NCBI RefSeq assembly: GCF_006345805.1
Contig: NW_021832531.1
Location: 310,001 to 374,000, forward strand
Direction: 5' to 3'
Source: Octopus sinensis
Lineage: Eukaryota
Length of the DNA: 64,000 nucleotides
Shown here piece by piece: positions 25,149 through 39,366 of this stretch. The position numbers and the translations under genes were made by a program. Each line of letters opens with the position of its first letter. Position 1 is the stretch's first letter. The notes under the pieces are model-generated. The model made no database searches. It worked only from the letters and a program-made list of their open reading frames with translations, and was not told the DNA's origin.

Positions 25149-25440
25149 TTAATAGTTTTCATCGTAGTATTTATTGTACTGCCGTATTACTGATATAAAT
25201 TCATGTTTGGGGCAAATAATGAAAAAAAAGCCCTGAAAAGGAACACATTGGGTCCCCCCGATGTTTACCCTCAGTCCCAAGATCAAGCTGAGGTAACTAT
25301 CCTCTAAATTACTATATTCTAGGATGTCCTCACTGCTGAAGTAATCCGCAAGGGATTCATACACAAACCTCCTTCTGGCCAGGTAGTAGGTTACTTTAAC
25401 CTATTTTAAGTATCTGACCAACCTGGCCTGTCCTGCCACT
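25149..25440 (-). CDS. Possible small spliced gene head-to-head with MED12, unknown product
   Basis: Open frame VKVTYYLARRRFVYESLADYFSSEDILEYSNLEDSYLSLILGLR, candidate 36-nt intron (gtaaac...tttcag), then GFFFIICPKHEF...YDENY*. Candidate 22-nt intron at 25401-25422. Start codon not found. Confidence 0.3.
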
Positions 25441-25479
25441 AAACAACAAGTACGATTAAATTGATTAATCTTTCAGATT

Positions 25480-28400
25480 ATGTCATTTATTGGTGACGTA
25501 TTCGACAAGAAATACCAAGAAAAGTCTCCTCCGCCAATCACTAAGAAAAAGCAACCTCCAATTCAAATGCAGTCAAACTTTCATTTTTTCCAGTTAGCTA
25601 ATCAAGATTGGTCATGTTTTAGTACACACCTCAGTCTAGGCCTGTGGTTGAAATGTGGATTGGTAATCTAGCTAAAGGAAAGGCATTTCATGAACTACTA
25701 AAGCAGGTTAGGTCTGCTCAAAATATCACCCAGGTGCCTTATTTCAACAAAAAAGAGGAAATTTTCATTTACGTTTAAAACAAAGTTCCAATGAACAGAT
25801 GTGTTTGGTTCCTGAAAGTCAGTTCTGTCTTATATTTGCAACATGCTGAAAATAACCGCAAGAAAAGCAATACCCGAAACCACAGTCCCTCTTCAGGTGC
25901 ACTTCTATTCATTTACTGTCTATAGAATGGACAGTGGCTATTGTTGATTTAATCGATTCTCTACAGGAATCAATATTTACTGAAATCAGACAAATCAAAC
26001 AAATTTGTCAAGAAAAAACCCCATAGCATCTTTATCGGGGCCAACTAATACTTTGACTTCAATTAAACTGCAAGAACTCTTAAAATGATAGACTTTCTTG
26101 TGTTGTTATTGGAAAATATGTACGAGGTATGATTTGATTGTCATTTCGTGTAGGAAAAGCTTGTTTCCTGTTCTTTGTTGTTCAAATGGCTAATCAGTAA
26201 AACTGAGAACTATTCAGGAAATTTTCAAGTCTTTGCATGCATTGGCATATCTGTGCAAAGGTATGTATTGATCCATTTTTGGCATAATTATGTAACAACA
26301 CAATTAGTTTATCGGTCAAATAAAGCGCTACATGACTTTCGCCCGCAGACTTGCCACAAGTGCGGCACAGTCGTTGACTAACATCTTTCATACATTTAAT
26401 ATAGATCCTAATAGGTCCTCATATTTTAAACATATCAGGGATTTGTTGATGGATATGGAATGTGTTAATGCAAATCTTAATTACAAGTCTTATTGGACTT
26501 ATACACGATTTGCTGATTCATGTCCTACAGCGTTTGTCCATTACAACTTGATCGTTGCAAACCCAGTATTTACATTTTGTCCATTCGATTTCCTCCCTTG
26601 TCTCCCTTCACAATTATTTTTGTCGGATAGCAAAGTAATATTTTTGGTTCTGACTTTAGTTTTGCTCTCAGGAAAGAATTTCTAAAGTTAGACAAGTCGA
26701 AGCTGAAATACTCGGACGTAGTGCAATGTGTGGTAGCAGGTGGCAATCGTTCCCTCACACTTGGAAATACCGGTTGTGGCATTTTAATGTCTATTTTGAA
26801 GGCAAAACATTGAAATGGGTGACGTGTGTACTAGCAAAACTCAATTCTCTAAACATAAATGCAATGTTAAGTCCTGGTTCCGTGGATGAACTTTATACTA
26901 GTCTTTATCAGGAAATTTGTGATAATGTTTATTTACACTTAATATTTAAGCAGGAATGTTCTTTGGATGAAAAAGCATGTATAAATTTTTTCCTCGAATG
27001 GCTATTTTGGACGACGAGGACGAGTGTCACCGCCATTCCTGATTGCCGAAATTATTTCAAAGCGGTTAAATCAATTGGCTAATGATAAAACCCAATATGA
27101 TGTATTGCGAAATTAATATTGATCACCAGATTGATGAAGAAATTTCCGAATCGGACTATATCAAAGAATTCCAAAAAATTTTCTTTCACTTTTTGTCGAA
27201 ATGTCAACTTCCACGTATATTTTACGAGATTGATATATTCTTAGATAGTGGAGCTGTCGCAGGATGGGGGCCCTTTACTCGAATATGCTGCCTTGTTGGT
27301 GAATTGACCCGTGTTGGGTTATTTACTTATTCTACCTACATAATTACTTAATATCCAATGGAGTATTGTCTAATGAATTCCCCACAAATGTTGATTGTTT
27401 ACCTATTTCAAATGTAATGAATACAACTTTCTAGTTAACCATTAGAGTCATCAGCATTCATTTCTGATCCTAGACAGGGACTTGGAAAGACTGGGCGATA
27501 TTCTCACGAAAACATACCATCGATTCAAAATGACGATCCGAGTGTTCGTCATGTTCTATTTCTAAAACATTTTCCTTCACGGATTTCCTTCTCTCGTTCA
27601 GATTTCGAATCTTACTTGCAAAATGAGCGTTTTACTCTTCTCTACGGATTTAGCCCGCATCGTAAAGCAGTTCGCAGAGATTAAAAAAAGTGATTTAATT
27701 TAATAAATTATTTGTAGATCGCCTCTAGAGCAGTGAAGTTTGTATCCAATGGGATTCCAAGAAGTAAAGGACGTTGTATTTTATGCTCATATACGGGAAA
27801 TAATCGACCTTAACGCGGCACTGGCAGATTCCAAATCTTCAATTGCTTTGTTGCCGATTGGAGACTGTGCTTATATATCAAGTTGGTTGTTTGAGATTGA
27901 ATGTGTCAGTTCTGTGTGCTGAGAAGGCATTGGATCTGTTCGAATCCATTCTTTCCGGAAAGACACAAACCGGTCTTATTCACATTTCTGTAATCGAATG
28001 GATTCTCGAACTCTTCGATTCTTGTTTCTTAGTTTCTACTTTGCTCAAGTTTTGCGATGGTTTACTTGCATTTTATAATTTAGTAGTATCGATTAGTTAG
28101 TTAGTGTGATGGCGAGACTTCATGAAATATTTGGAACCTTTTTCCACGTTTACGTGTGTTGCGCTGTTGTGTTTGCAGTCATTGGAATATTAGATAAATA
28201 TAGAACACCTTTCTTTTTAAATTACAACATCGTCCACGACGTTATTGGAAGGTATTTCTATAGTTTTTTGATTTTTAGCATTCTTGGTTGTTTTGACGGC
28301 AGGGTTGTTAGCGTTGCCTGCTTTTCCCATTTGATCTGTATTAGGGATTTTGTAGCTGCGGTTTTTCTGAATTCTCCGACTACTATCGAGTTTATTGTTG

Positions 28401-31400
28401 TCTATTACCTTAAGTCTGATTTTGACATGAAGTATCAAGACTTTTCATTTGACTGTACTCGAATCATTTCGAATGGTTTGGTAGAAGGGTTTGGGTATTA
28501 TTTGATACTCGATGACAATTTATTTTCCCGGATAAACCGGGAATTCCTGTTTGCTTTGACTTTATTATTAAAATAGGTGGAGTTCCCAGTCTCTTTTTCT
28601 TATTTTGGGAATGGCAGAATCTTCTTTGATTCAGAGTCGTATTGTTAATATTGTTGGGACTATTGCCACTTCCACTGATTTGACAAGGTTTAGAAATCCT
28701 AAATTGGTATTTCAGAACTTATCAAATGTCTCTTCGCTGTGTTGAAATTTGCATATTAAACCGGCATTTGCAAGAAGAATTTCTGACTGCTCTCCACGCT
28801 ATTTATGATTCGTCATCTAATCATGTTTACTCGCGTTATTATGTAAACTGGCCAATGGTATTATTTCCATTTATTCCCTGTTTTATGAACGTTTAAACAA
28901 GGAGTCGGTGCTAGTCTTTATAGCAACAATGGTTTCTCGTCGGTGCATGCTTCCAGGCAGTTCTCTCCATATTTCTAAGATTACTTCCTGCGGTTCCTCT
29001 TAACGGTTTTTTTTACTTTTATATTCTAAGTGAAACGACTTAAAAAGGGATATGAGATTGAGGCCTTCCGAACGGTGATAAACGTTTTTACGACCCTTTT
29101 TCACTGTTCGTCGTTGGATAAAAATTATATATCTTTGAATAAGCCCTATAACTCTTTGGGTGCACTTTATGACAGAATGTACACTCACTACGCACATAAA
29201 ACGGTTCCATGGTGTGTGTTGTCCGGGTTTTATTATCGTATTTTTGGAATTATTGGTTATAAGACATTTAATTAAGTATATAGTTAAGATGGCGTATATT
29301 ATGACATTGGACGTGTCTTTGATAAATCCAGATATAAATTCTGGGTATTCTATTGGTTTGTTGATTTATCATAGAAAATTGCCTCACAGTAAAGTCATTT
29401 TTGACGAAATTTGGTTTTGGATGTGCCTGGTTATATCTCAGCCGTGGGTTAAGAAAGCATTTTTGACAGATTTTTCTCCAATGAGTTCAGATCTATTTGT
29501 CAAAAACCCGAATCATTTTCACCGGAACAGTCAATTGATATTCTACGTTTATTTTTATTTCCGGAATTGCCTCGATTTTATCCTTTGGATTCTGCATATA
29601 TTCCAAGGATGAATTATATTGAAGATATTTTCAATTACCTGTCCGTTTGGAATATTCCAAGGAAAACTATTTTGTTTTGTGAAATCATTGCTTCAAAGGT
29701 TAATTCCTTTCTTATGTTTTAGACTATTTCCAATGCTGACATTGTCAGTGTTTTGTTGAAGTTTATTCTAATGCCCCACGGTAGCTCCGTCGATGATGAT
29801 ATCTCAGAGATGAGGAATTTTGTTTTCTGAGTCTTCCTCGAAATTCAAAGTGGCTAATCCCAATTTTAATTGAAACTATTCCCGAATTGCAGGAATTAGT
29901 CATACACCAATCAAACAAATTGCTCAGCAATGAGAATTTTTGTGTTCCAGATCACTCTAGGTCTTTTGTTTTGCTAAGTTGTATAGTGATAAACCAATTC
30001 CGATGGCAGCATTCATCAATTTGATTGTATCCTGTTTAAAGGCTAATCAAATACTCCGCGAATCATTTTTGTCTGGACTTTTGTCTCAATTTGTTAGAAT
30101 AGCTGATAACTCGATGATTGTTATATTGATGCAAGTTATATCTAGATTTGCAAATCACAGCGTAAAGAATATAAAAAGCGAGTGATGGATCCATTTCATA
30201 TTAGAATGGAACTGGTATAGTCTTCTTTTATATCTGTAGCTGACCAAATTATTTGATTACGTGATTGCCGAACAGAGTGTGGCTTGGATGGTAGTTTTGG
30301 CTCAGATTATTCTTCGTGAAATTGTTACATGTGACTTTGAAAGGTTTTGTATTTTTATTTGACTGTATACAGAGATTTATTTTTGATTGTTTATGACATG
30401 TTGGTATCTCTTGCTATTGTCGTCAGTGGTGAAGATTTGTCTTCAATTACTGAGTTCATGAAAAAGATTTGGGTCGTCATTTTTTTTTATTTTTTAGAAA
30501 GAAATGAATAATCTTCCGATGAGTGTAATCAACTTATAAGTCAACTTTTACCACCGGACGATCTCATGCACGATGAAATGATAATGTGCAGTTCTACCAG
30601 ACATTCACTGGATTTAAAGGAAAGAAAATTCCTTCATCTACTACTGATTTGTCGGAGGTTTTATATTTTTGTTATTTCTCAGGGATTGCATGTGTCAAAT
30701 AGAATTCTTTTAAATCCTTGGGAGATAATTGAGGGTTACAAGGGCTCATTTCTGTGTGGATCACATGTGTCGCTTTTAGTCGTTGATGACTACGAGATGA
30801 AATATTTCCTTGATAATCGGTAAATGTGTTTTTTTCCATTTTAGTTTACTTGGATTGCATACTCATCTCAAATATTATTCTCAGAATTTTTATAACAAAG
30901 AACTTGAGTTGGGAAAAAACGAAACTCCCTCCTCAGATAATTTTTGTCCCCAAGTTCTTATACCTTTATAATGTTAGTTGTCCAATAATTTTGTAAAATC
31001 GGGCTTTGAGTCTCCTCCGTTACGTCTTCATTCCCCCCAATCGCGTAGACGTTTTACGTGTTCATCTACAGATCTCATTGATCGTTGGAATTTGTTTAAT
31101 TTTACATTTTAGAACCGGGTTTGCCTGGTATTAAGATCGCGCATCCTCGATTATCGTCTGGACATCCACAATGTGATATTGGGTATATGACCCCAGAAAA
31201 CTCTCATAAAAGAGTTCGATATGACCATGAGAAGTTTCGGTCTTTCAATCAACGGTTTAAAGCTTTTTATAATTATTAGAACTCCCAATAATTATATTCC
31301 TCGGAATCCCTACTGCCCTGGACAATATAATAACCAATTTCGTTATCCGCCAGTTTATATCCCCCCTAACCAATCAATGCTCTCTGAATTACCTCCTGAC

Positions 31401-31790
31401 TTATACAGTACAAGTATATTTTTTTGTTTTTTTTGTAGATTTCGAGAATCCCCAGCAAATTTGTTCGAAGCAACGTCCATTCCGTTTTTCTCATGCTCAC
31501 CCAAATTCTCAAACTCATTATTTGAACGTTCCTTCTAATCTTCCGCAGATGAATATGTATAACAATCCCGGTGAAGCGTCTGTGATGGATTGGGACATCC
31601 AATCCGACAATTATCCAAACAGGAGAGGATATCCTCAAGATTCATAGTTGATTGCCAAATTATCTAATAATGTTTATTTTAGTCGGGGTCAGAGAAATGA
31701 TATGATTATGCCTCGTTTTATGTCATCACATTCCACGTAGACCTCTTAATTCCCCGGATAACATTTCCATGGGTGTTCCGAACAAAAATA
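25480..31790 (+). CDS. MED12: Mediator kinase-module subunit 12, multi-exon, with apparent frameshifts; 3' end approximate
   Basis: Med12 N-terminal domain WIGNLAKGKAFHELLKQ/VPYFNKKEEIFIYLFKNKVPMNRCVWFLK...EWT (cf. [46 protein letters not shown]), a long helical body and a P/N/Q/Y-rich tail near 31200-31750. Confidence 0.8.
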
Positions 31791-32149
31791 AATATCGTCG
31801 CAGTTTATATTTTTTTAATTTTATTTGTTTTGTAAATAAACATCAATTTCATTTGTATCGTTCCTAATTTTTTGAACTCGACACTTTAAATTTATTTCCA
31901 ACAGTTTAGCCAATGTGTTTAATCAATTTTACTGGCAAAAATCTCCGAGAGCACCATAGAAAAGCCATAGAGTATCAATAAGAGAATCAGATATTACTCT
32001 ATGCAGACATTACGCCCTCAATCAGCTGACATAAACTTTTAAAATGTACATAATTAAATTGTTCATTCCACCTAGAGACATAATAAATGAACTTTGACAT
32101 GCTAATCCCTTTTTTCAGTTCCAAATCAATTACGGAAATTTTTAGCGCT

Positions 32150-32720
32150 CAATCAATACGAACTCAAGAGCTTTTTCGTATAGACCTATAAGGGTTTCGG
32201 TTGAGCCATACTAGCATCCTTCGCACTATTTTTTCCCACCTTACTTTATTTTTGGCTTTCATCCAAACATCATCCCCTGTGACCAATTTGCAGCCAGTTC
32301 GTCCCTAGTCATCTTTTAAGTATAGTTGGAAGTATGTTTTTTGGTCTGGCTCGGAATCCTTTATTTCCGGCTCTGTAGAAATATTCTTTTATTATTCTGT
32401 GTTATGGCGTGTTTGAGTCCGTTCTAAGAATATGTCTAAATAATTGCCACCTTGATTGAATAACATTAGCGCTGATTGTTTTAGATTTAACTATCGAATA
32501 TTTTTCGGATTCCGGTTAACATGCGGAATTGGTTTCTGTGTGAAGTGTCTAGTTTCTCTAGATTGTTTTAAAACATGCTCATGTTCTGGAATTATATACA
32601 AATATTGGCTTGACAAACTTGTCGTATAATCGACACAAAATTTCAGTGATACATGCTTTTTTATTAGCCAAATTTGGTACATTTTTTTAAATATATGGTA
32701 GCCGGAATTTTCCTTAGACA
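32150..32720 (-). pseudogene. RTE-like non-LTR retrotransposon C-terminal remnant
   Basis: LYDKFVKPIFVYN...SRWQLFRHILR...GFRARPKNILP, typical of the post-RT region of APE-type LINEs, with many stops. Confidence 0.55.
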
Positions 32721-32839
32721 AATAAAGATGTTATTGAATAAAATAAAAATCGGATTTTTTTGAATCTTCTAATACACTATTCATCTCATATAAAATTTTC
32801 AGTTACATAAAAAGTTCCTGTCTTTTAACAATAGACAAT

Positions 32840-33075
32840 TTTTTTTTTATTTTTTAAATCTAATAACGATATCTAAAAGTAAAAAGATAGCCAAGCTAAT
32901 TAAGGCCTCACGAGACACCCGGCCAGCCTCGCGAATGGCGAAGCCGTTCCCTCGGATCACAGCAATCGACAGACGTTCCAGGAGCCAAGAATACTCTCTT
33001 GGATCGTGGCTAGTCCTAGAAATCCGTCGACCGAGCGAGCGAAGGAAGCGGAGTGTCTTGAAGCGGAGTGACAAT
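32840..33075 (-). mobile_element. CRE-like retrotransposon, 5'-truncated 3' end with A-rich tail
   Basis: FLRSLGRRISRTSHDPREYSWLLERLSIAVIRGNGFAI, followed on the minus strand by an A-run (plus-strand T-run at ~32840). Confidence 0.8.
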
Positions 33076-33923
33076 TTTTTAAGTCTGTAAATCTTGGCTC
33101 TTGACTTTTATATCTCCTTCCAATTTGAAAAATATCAATGTTCCAAAAACTCTGGATAATTAAATCAATCATTATAAAAAAAACAAATCTCCTGGCGCTC
33201 AAACAAATTCATCAAACCATCTATCACCTATGCATAATTTAACTTGAAAAAATAACTGATTTTCTCTGACGCCTAGTAGGAGAAACTGTCAAAAATATAA
33301 GATTTAAAAACCTTTTCCATAAAATTCTCAACGATCTAATGAAAGGAAAATGCACGTGATTCCTCAATAAACACATTAATAAGACTTTCCAACTGCTTTC
33401 CAAAAACTACGTTTTTCTAGCCTTTTTAATCTCAAATTTCAACGGTTTGGTCTAAAACTATGTTAGCTCCCTAGTCATCGCTAAAAGTGGAAAATTTTGA
33501 GAAAACTGACTCTTTTGTCCTAACCTCGTTGCAGAATGCATCTGGCTGATAAGATTTTCTTTGACATGTTTAAAAAGCATTATGGAAATCTTCTAGAAAC
33601 CCCAAAATGTTGCTAAAATTCGTGCAATGATTGACAATAAGTTTCATCTTTAAACAATTCTAAAATTAGCTTTTAGGAAAGCAAACTTAATCTCTGACGG
33701 GAAACATTAAACAAGTTGGATGTCCTTTTCAAAGCCACATAAGCAAAGCATTACTTCTAACTACAACCACCGACGTTTTTCTGAAATAATGCAATGTTTT
33801 AAATTTCCGTTTACAATTCTTTTAATTCGAACCTGCAAATTGACCATTATTACTTATTATTATGTTATTAATATATTAAATATTTAATTAGTAAAAATTT
33901 TGTCTTAAAAATAATTTAATTAA

Positions 33924-35300
33924 ATGTCATTAGTGTGTTCAATGTTTGTTTTTTTTGATATTACAAAAAATAGTTGTGAAGAAAATATTTCAAAATATAC
34001 TTGCCCGAGGTGCAACATACACTACTGCGGTTCAGAATGTTATAAATCAAAGGAACATAGCACTTGTTCTGAACAGTTTTACCAACAATGTGTTTACGAT
34101 GAATTAAACTACCGTAAAAAATGGTAAATATTCGAAATTTTTTGCAAAAATAAATTCATTTCTTTGCAAAAATTTAAATTAGTGCAAACCCTGACTTGAG
34201 AGCGAAAACATATGATTTACTGCAAAGATTTAAGCAAGAAACATCTGAAGGTAAGATACGTTAAATTTAATAAAATTCCAGAAGAAATACCTTTTATTGA
34301 CACAAATGACCTTCACGAGCGTATCGAAGGAGTTGATCTCGGTTTATACTTTTTATAATCAATTTAGACGATGTTGAGGCCGTGTTGTCTAAGCTGACTC
34401 CAAATGAAATTAAAGAATTTGAAGATTTAATTGAAAGGGGAATTTCTTCTATCAAGTTATACACTCCATGGTGGACAAAAACTGTATTTTAATGTTTTTT
34501 TTATCGAAATTAGCAATTAGTTCAAGAAACAAATTCTCCCGAGATGCCCTCAATTCTGTCCTCTATTGAGCCATTTGAGAAAATTTGCAAAGTCAAATTT
34601 TAGAATAATTTTAGAATCCTCCGTCATATGGGATTGCTTCTCAAATAGTGGCTGTCCTAACTGGGTACGTCATTTGTATTCGCCTTCATAATGGAGAACA
34701 GTCAACCTTCTCATTAGAATGTTCGAAGGTGATTTTAATTTAGATATGTTTTTATAGATTGTTTTTGATGGTTGTAGTCGTTTTTTGCAGCCTTTCTGGG
34801 CTGTGGAGGAAAGTGCCATCGAGTCATTTTATACGGCGTTGAATGGAATTTGTAGTTCCAATAATGACATTCATTTTTTGAAATTTCAAAAAATTGGGAT
34901 AGGAAGAGACGTTCTGTCTCTGTTGGCTTTTAAGAAAAACGTTGATTATTGTCTCAGAGCACTTTCTGATGTTTACCGGTTTGTTCAAGATGGGATTCAA
35001 CAGTCAACTGGACGTGAAAAACGACATTTTTTGTCGCTTCACCGAAGAATTTATTTTTTGTTGTGCTGGACGTTGTCGTTTGGTAGAGAACAGTTAGAGA
35101 ATATCAGGATTCTAGTTCAGACTGAAATAGGTTTGACAAGTTCATTTGTTTTATTTTTTTATTCAGATAATTTGGTTGCGGATAGTGACGAGTTCGAAAA
35201 AGAAAAAAAATATGTAGAAGAATCTTTGTGTGGAAATGGGGATCGCCGAGATAAGAAAATCAGAGATTTGTTGGGTGGATTTTTTAAAGGACGATCCTGA
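33924..35300 (+). CDS. ZNHIT2: Zinc finger HIT domain-containing protein 2, multi-exon
   Basis: N-terminal zf-HIT CSM/CEENISKYTCPRCNIHYCGSECYKSKEHSTCSEQFYQQCVYDEL (cf. RYTCPRCNAPYCSLRCYRTHGTCAENFYRDQVLGEL). Short introns, stop at 35298-35300. Confidence 0.8.
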
Positions 35301-37953
35301 TTAATTTTTAGTAAAATAAAACGTGCATTTCATTTTTGTTGAGCTGGTGTGAATCTTATAGTTACTTTTTCTGTTTACTTGTGTGCTATAGTTAATTCAG
35401 ACATACATTTAAAATAGTGAGTATAAATCCACATATTTTTGAGTCGAAATGCAATTTAGAAAAATTTTAATTTTAATATGTAAACGATTTAATACTTAGT
35501 CGTCTTCTGATAAAAATATTGTTATAAAAGAGAAAATCTCCAAAGATATTTAAATAGTATAGAAATTAAATAGATTTTTTTTGAATAAAAAATTAGTTTC
35601 ATATTGTTTATTTATCTTTCTTACAGGAATGAACTGTATTATCTTCACTAATACATTTTTGCTAAAAGATCAAATGGTATGTATCACCTAAACGTATAAT
35701 TATCAAATAAAAAGTATTTTATTTTTTTTGAGATTTGTTGGTTTGTAAAAAGTCAATAACTCGCTTCTTTGAACAAAATTATCATGTATTCGAACCTTCT
35801 CCTTTTTGTTTTTTTTCCATAAGGTTCATAATTTAGAAATACATGAAAGAGGTGTTCTAAACAAAATCCAGAAATCCTGGTATCTTTCCAGGTTATAACA
35901 GAGCTTCCGCTTACTTTGCTAAACAACGTCTCACCTTAGCGCCGTCATTCAATTTATCGTTGATTGTTTCAACAAATCGAATCTGACAGAAACCACAGTC
36001 GTTGATACAAATAATTTGTTTAATCATAAATCTAATTTTCAAGTGTTGCCGATCATTGAAAGATATGGTCACACAAACTTTATCTTTGACAGACCTGAGC
36101 AGACCGAAATTTACATCAATAGTATTTTTGGCACCTCCAAACTGTGTTTTCAATGTTCAGTTCTATTCTTATCTGTGTAACATTACCTCAGATTTTTGAT
36201 TTGTGCTTTCGTTATAATCTAGAAAAAAACAAAATGAAAGTAAATTCTTTACGAGGATTGTCAAAGTATTTCTGTAAAAATTCTAGAAAATCTCATTCTA
36301 GTTTATAAACAATTCGTCAAGACTATTTTCAACAAATTCTGTCCAAGTCAGTTTATTTACTAAAATAATAAAAATCCAGGAATTGCAAAACATTGACCTT
36401 CGAATAATTATTGGTCTTTTCTGTCAACCCATACCGACCATTTTTATAGAGTTAACATTGTCCAAACACTTGAAATAAAATATTTTTTTCTTTAAATTTA
36501 AAGAACATTCGAATACTTCCCGAAGTTAATGAGTTCTGAAAACAAAAGAAACAACATCTCAACGTATAACAAACTTATATAAAAATATCAAATATTATTC
36601 CCATTTACTTGTGCGATCACACTTCTTGCCCTAAAAAACCTTTTCTGATATAAAGTAGAGCTGTATTTTTTAAAATCTTTTTTTAAGAAATTTGGACATA
36701 AACATAATAAAATAATAACGAAGTAACACTTAGTAACACTTGTATTGCTCGCTTTTAAGTCAGTCGAATGACCAATAAAGCCTCATAACTACAAAAAATA
36801 ATTTTTAACAATCTGAGAAACTACTACTTAGACAAATGAAACTCAATTTGACTAAAAAGTGCAGTATTGATAATAATACTATAAATTTTAAAATTCCTAG
36901 GTTACATAACTGACGAAAAAAACGTAGAAATGGTTGTTAATATTATTTATCTCAAAACTTTTTAATTTCCCTAACAGTCTATAAACATGCGTCCTCCATG
37001 CTTACTCAGATTTCAAAATCCTTGAGGTTCTGGTAAACAAAAACTCCTAACTATTATAGACCAGGTACTAGTACCTGAAAATTCCGCAATCTTATTCATG
37101 ATTTTCTGTTTTATCCCAATCTAATCTACTTGAGCTCAAGTTTGTTTTAAAAAGTCTAAATAAAGCTTGATAGTCAAAAGAACTCATTTATTGAGACTTG
37201 GTAAAGCTGTGGAAACCAAACTGCTTCAAGTAATGCTTTTGAAGCCTCTTCAGATTTTTCGATGGCACATTTTCTCTAAATCTGTGCTATATAAACTACC
37301 TATAAAGCATTTCAGAGTTCCATCAAATCAATATTAGCAGAGAAATCATTAGCAAAAAGATTTAATAATTTATAATTTGCGGTGCCTTAATACTTGCTGA
37401 AAGTGTGTAAAGTACCACTCCTCAATTTTTCCACGCGCGTGCATCATCTTGGTTCGCCTTTTCTCTATGACCATAGACGATGTTGTTTTTGATTCCATTT
37501 TGTTTTTTGTAAATTTCAAATTCATGAATCAAAACAGCCATTTTTCTTTGGTTGTATTGTATTTTTTTAAACCTGGTTTTTTCAGCTGCTTGAAGAATTT
37601 TTTGGAATTTTTTATTTAATGAAATCTTTAAAAAAACAGTTTTTTGTAAATAATAAATAGTATGAAAGATTTAATAGTTTTTATTTGATTCACTAATTCA
37701 AATATTTGTTCAATTTTGTAGATGTCTATTTCTTATAGAAAGAAATGGAAATATTTATTACAAATATTAAAATGAAAAAATATTTTTGTGGAGTTTTATC
37801 AAGATTTTTTAAGAACCCCAAAAATGATTAAAATTAAAAAACGAAAGACAATTCCTATTTTTATAATAATTATAATAATAATAATAGTTTTTTTATTATT
37901 AATTAATATATATAATTTAATATACCACGACATAACGTGCTCATAATTTTTTG

Positions 37954-39366
37954 ATGGTTGGTGTGTTTCTATCTTAAATATAACTTTCCGTTCCAACTTA
38001 TTAAACAGTCTCATCGTAAATTCCACATACCAAGACACGGATCTCTTGCTTTTCTTCCCAGAAAGCGATGTTCAAGAACTGTAGGGAAAGTAAAAGCCTT
38101 TCCAAAGGACGACAAGACAAAGCCTGTTCATCCAACTGCATTCAGGGCTTTCAAAGCTGGAATGACTCATGTTGTCCGCCACGTAGTCAGGCCTGGATCA
38201 AGTATATATAACTCTGGACAAATATTTTTCAGAGGCTAATGACAAAGACATAGTAGAGGCTGTAACTGTCCTCGAAGCCCCACCAATGGTTGTTGTTGGA
38301 GTTGTTGGGTATATTAAAACACCGAGAGGCCTCAGACATTGTACAACAATATTTGCACATTTCTTATCGGATGAATTCCGTAGAAGATTCTACAAAAACT
38401 GGTATTTGCCAAATTGTGACTTTTTAGGTATGCGTCAAAGAAACGTGCTTTTGTGCGCTATGCTAATAAATGGAGTACTCCTGTTGGTGTGGCTAGCATT
38501 AAGAGACAATTTGAAAAAATTAAAAAGTATGCTTCAGTTGTCAGAATCATTGCACATACGCAGGTAATATTTTATTTTAAAGTGTCTCCTGTTAGATGAG
38601 TAAGTTGAAATTGGGACAGAAAAAGTCTCATGTGATGGAGATTCAGTTAAATGGGGGAACTATTGAGGATAAAGTTGCCTGGGCTACAGAACACTTTGAA
38701 AAGGAATTGAAGATAAGTGAATTGTTTGCAGAGGGAGAAATGATTGATGTTATTGGAGTTACCAAAGGGAAGGGGTTTCAAGGATGTATCAAGAGATGGA
38801 GGCCAAAGAAGATGCCTAGGAAGAGCAGGAAAGGTCTTAGGAAAGTTGCTTGTATTGGAGCTTGGCATCCTGCACGAGTTTCGTATTCCGTAAGTCGTGC
38901 TGGACAAATGGGCTTCCACCACCGGACTGAGATTAATAAAAAAATATACAGGATTGGGGATGCTATTGGCGATGATGAAAACGGAAGAGTTGCTCCGAAA
39001 CAATTGACGGCCTATGATTTAACTGAAAAACATATTACTCCAATGGGAGGCTTTGTTCGTTACGGTGAAGTGAAGAATGACTATATCATGATCAAAGGAT
39101 GCTGCATGGGACCACGGAAACGTACCATCACGCTTAGAAAAGTCTGATTTTAATATATTTATAATTTAGTCTCTATTGACGCAAACCAGTAGAAGATCAA
39201 GGGAGGATGTCGATCTTAAGTTTATTGACACTTCGAGCAAATTTGGTCACGGACGGTTCCAGACAAGTGACGAGAAGCTTAAATTTATGGTTTTTTATTA
39301 CCGTTATTTTTTAAGGGTCCTCTGAAAAAACACTTGAATTCTGCTGAACCCATTAAAACGGAATAA
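37954..39366 (+). CDS. RPL3: 60S ribosomal protein L3 (uL3), 7 exons
   Basis: ATG, 52-nt intron, then [20 protein letters not shown]...[13 protein letters not shown]...[16 protein letters not shown]. Further introns of 31, 26, 32, 28 and 26 nt; stop TAA at 39364-39366. Confidence 0.97.

Larger units (their letters stand above)
21144..30546 (+). repeat. Copy 1 of a ~9.4-kb direct duplication
   Basis: Sequence from aagcacacaaatccgctccgg (21144) to cttataagtcaact (30546) recurs at 54545-64000. Confidence 0.95.

Noticed and set aside
37062-37077. Perfect 16-bp palindrome CAGGTACTAGTACCTG
   Set aside because: About one such palindrome is expected by chance in 64 kb, and it has no supporting context.
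36900-37400. Alternative genetic code suggested by recurrent in-frame stops
   Set aside because: Well-supported genes use TAA (RPL3, NFU1, VPS39), TGA (GEMIN2, ZNHIT2) and TAG (C22orf15-like) as stops, consistent with the standard code.
35600-37500. Protein-like minus-strand patches (e.g. ORF 35911-36153, MESKTTSS... at 37498)
   Set aside because: No consistent splice model could be built, there are many in-frame stops, and no motif was recognised. It is possibly an old transposase or pseudogene, but I cannot support a call.
38647-39003. 118-aa minus-strand ORF
   Set aside because: It is the antisense shadow of the RPL3 exon.
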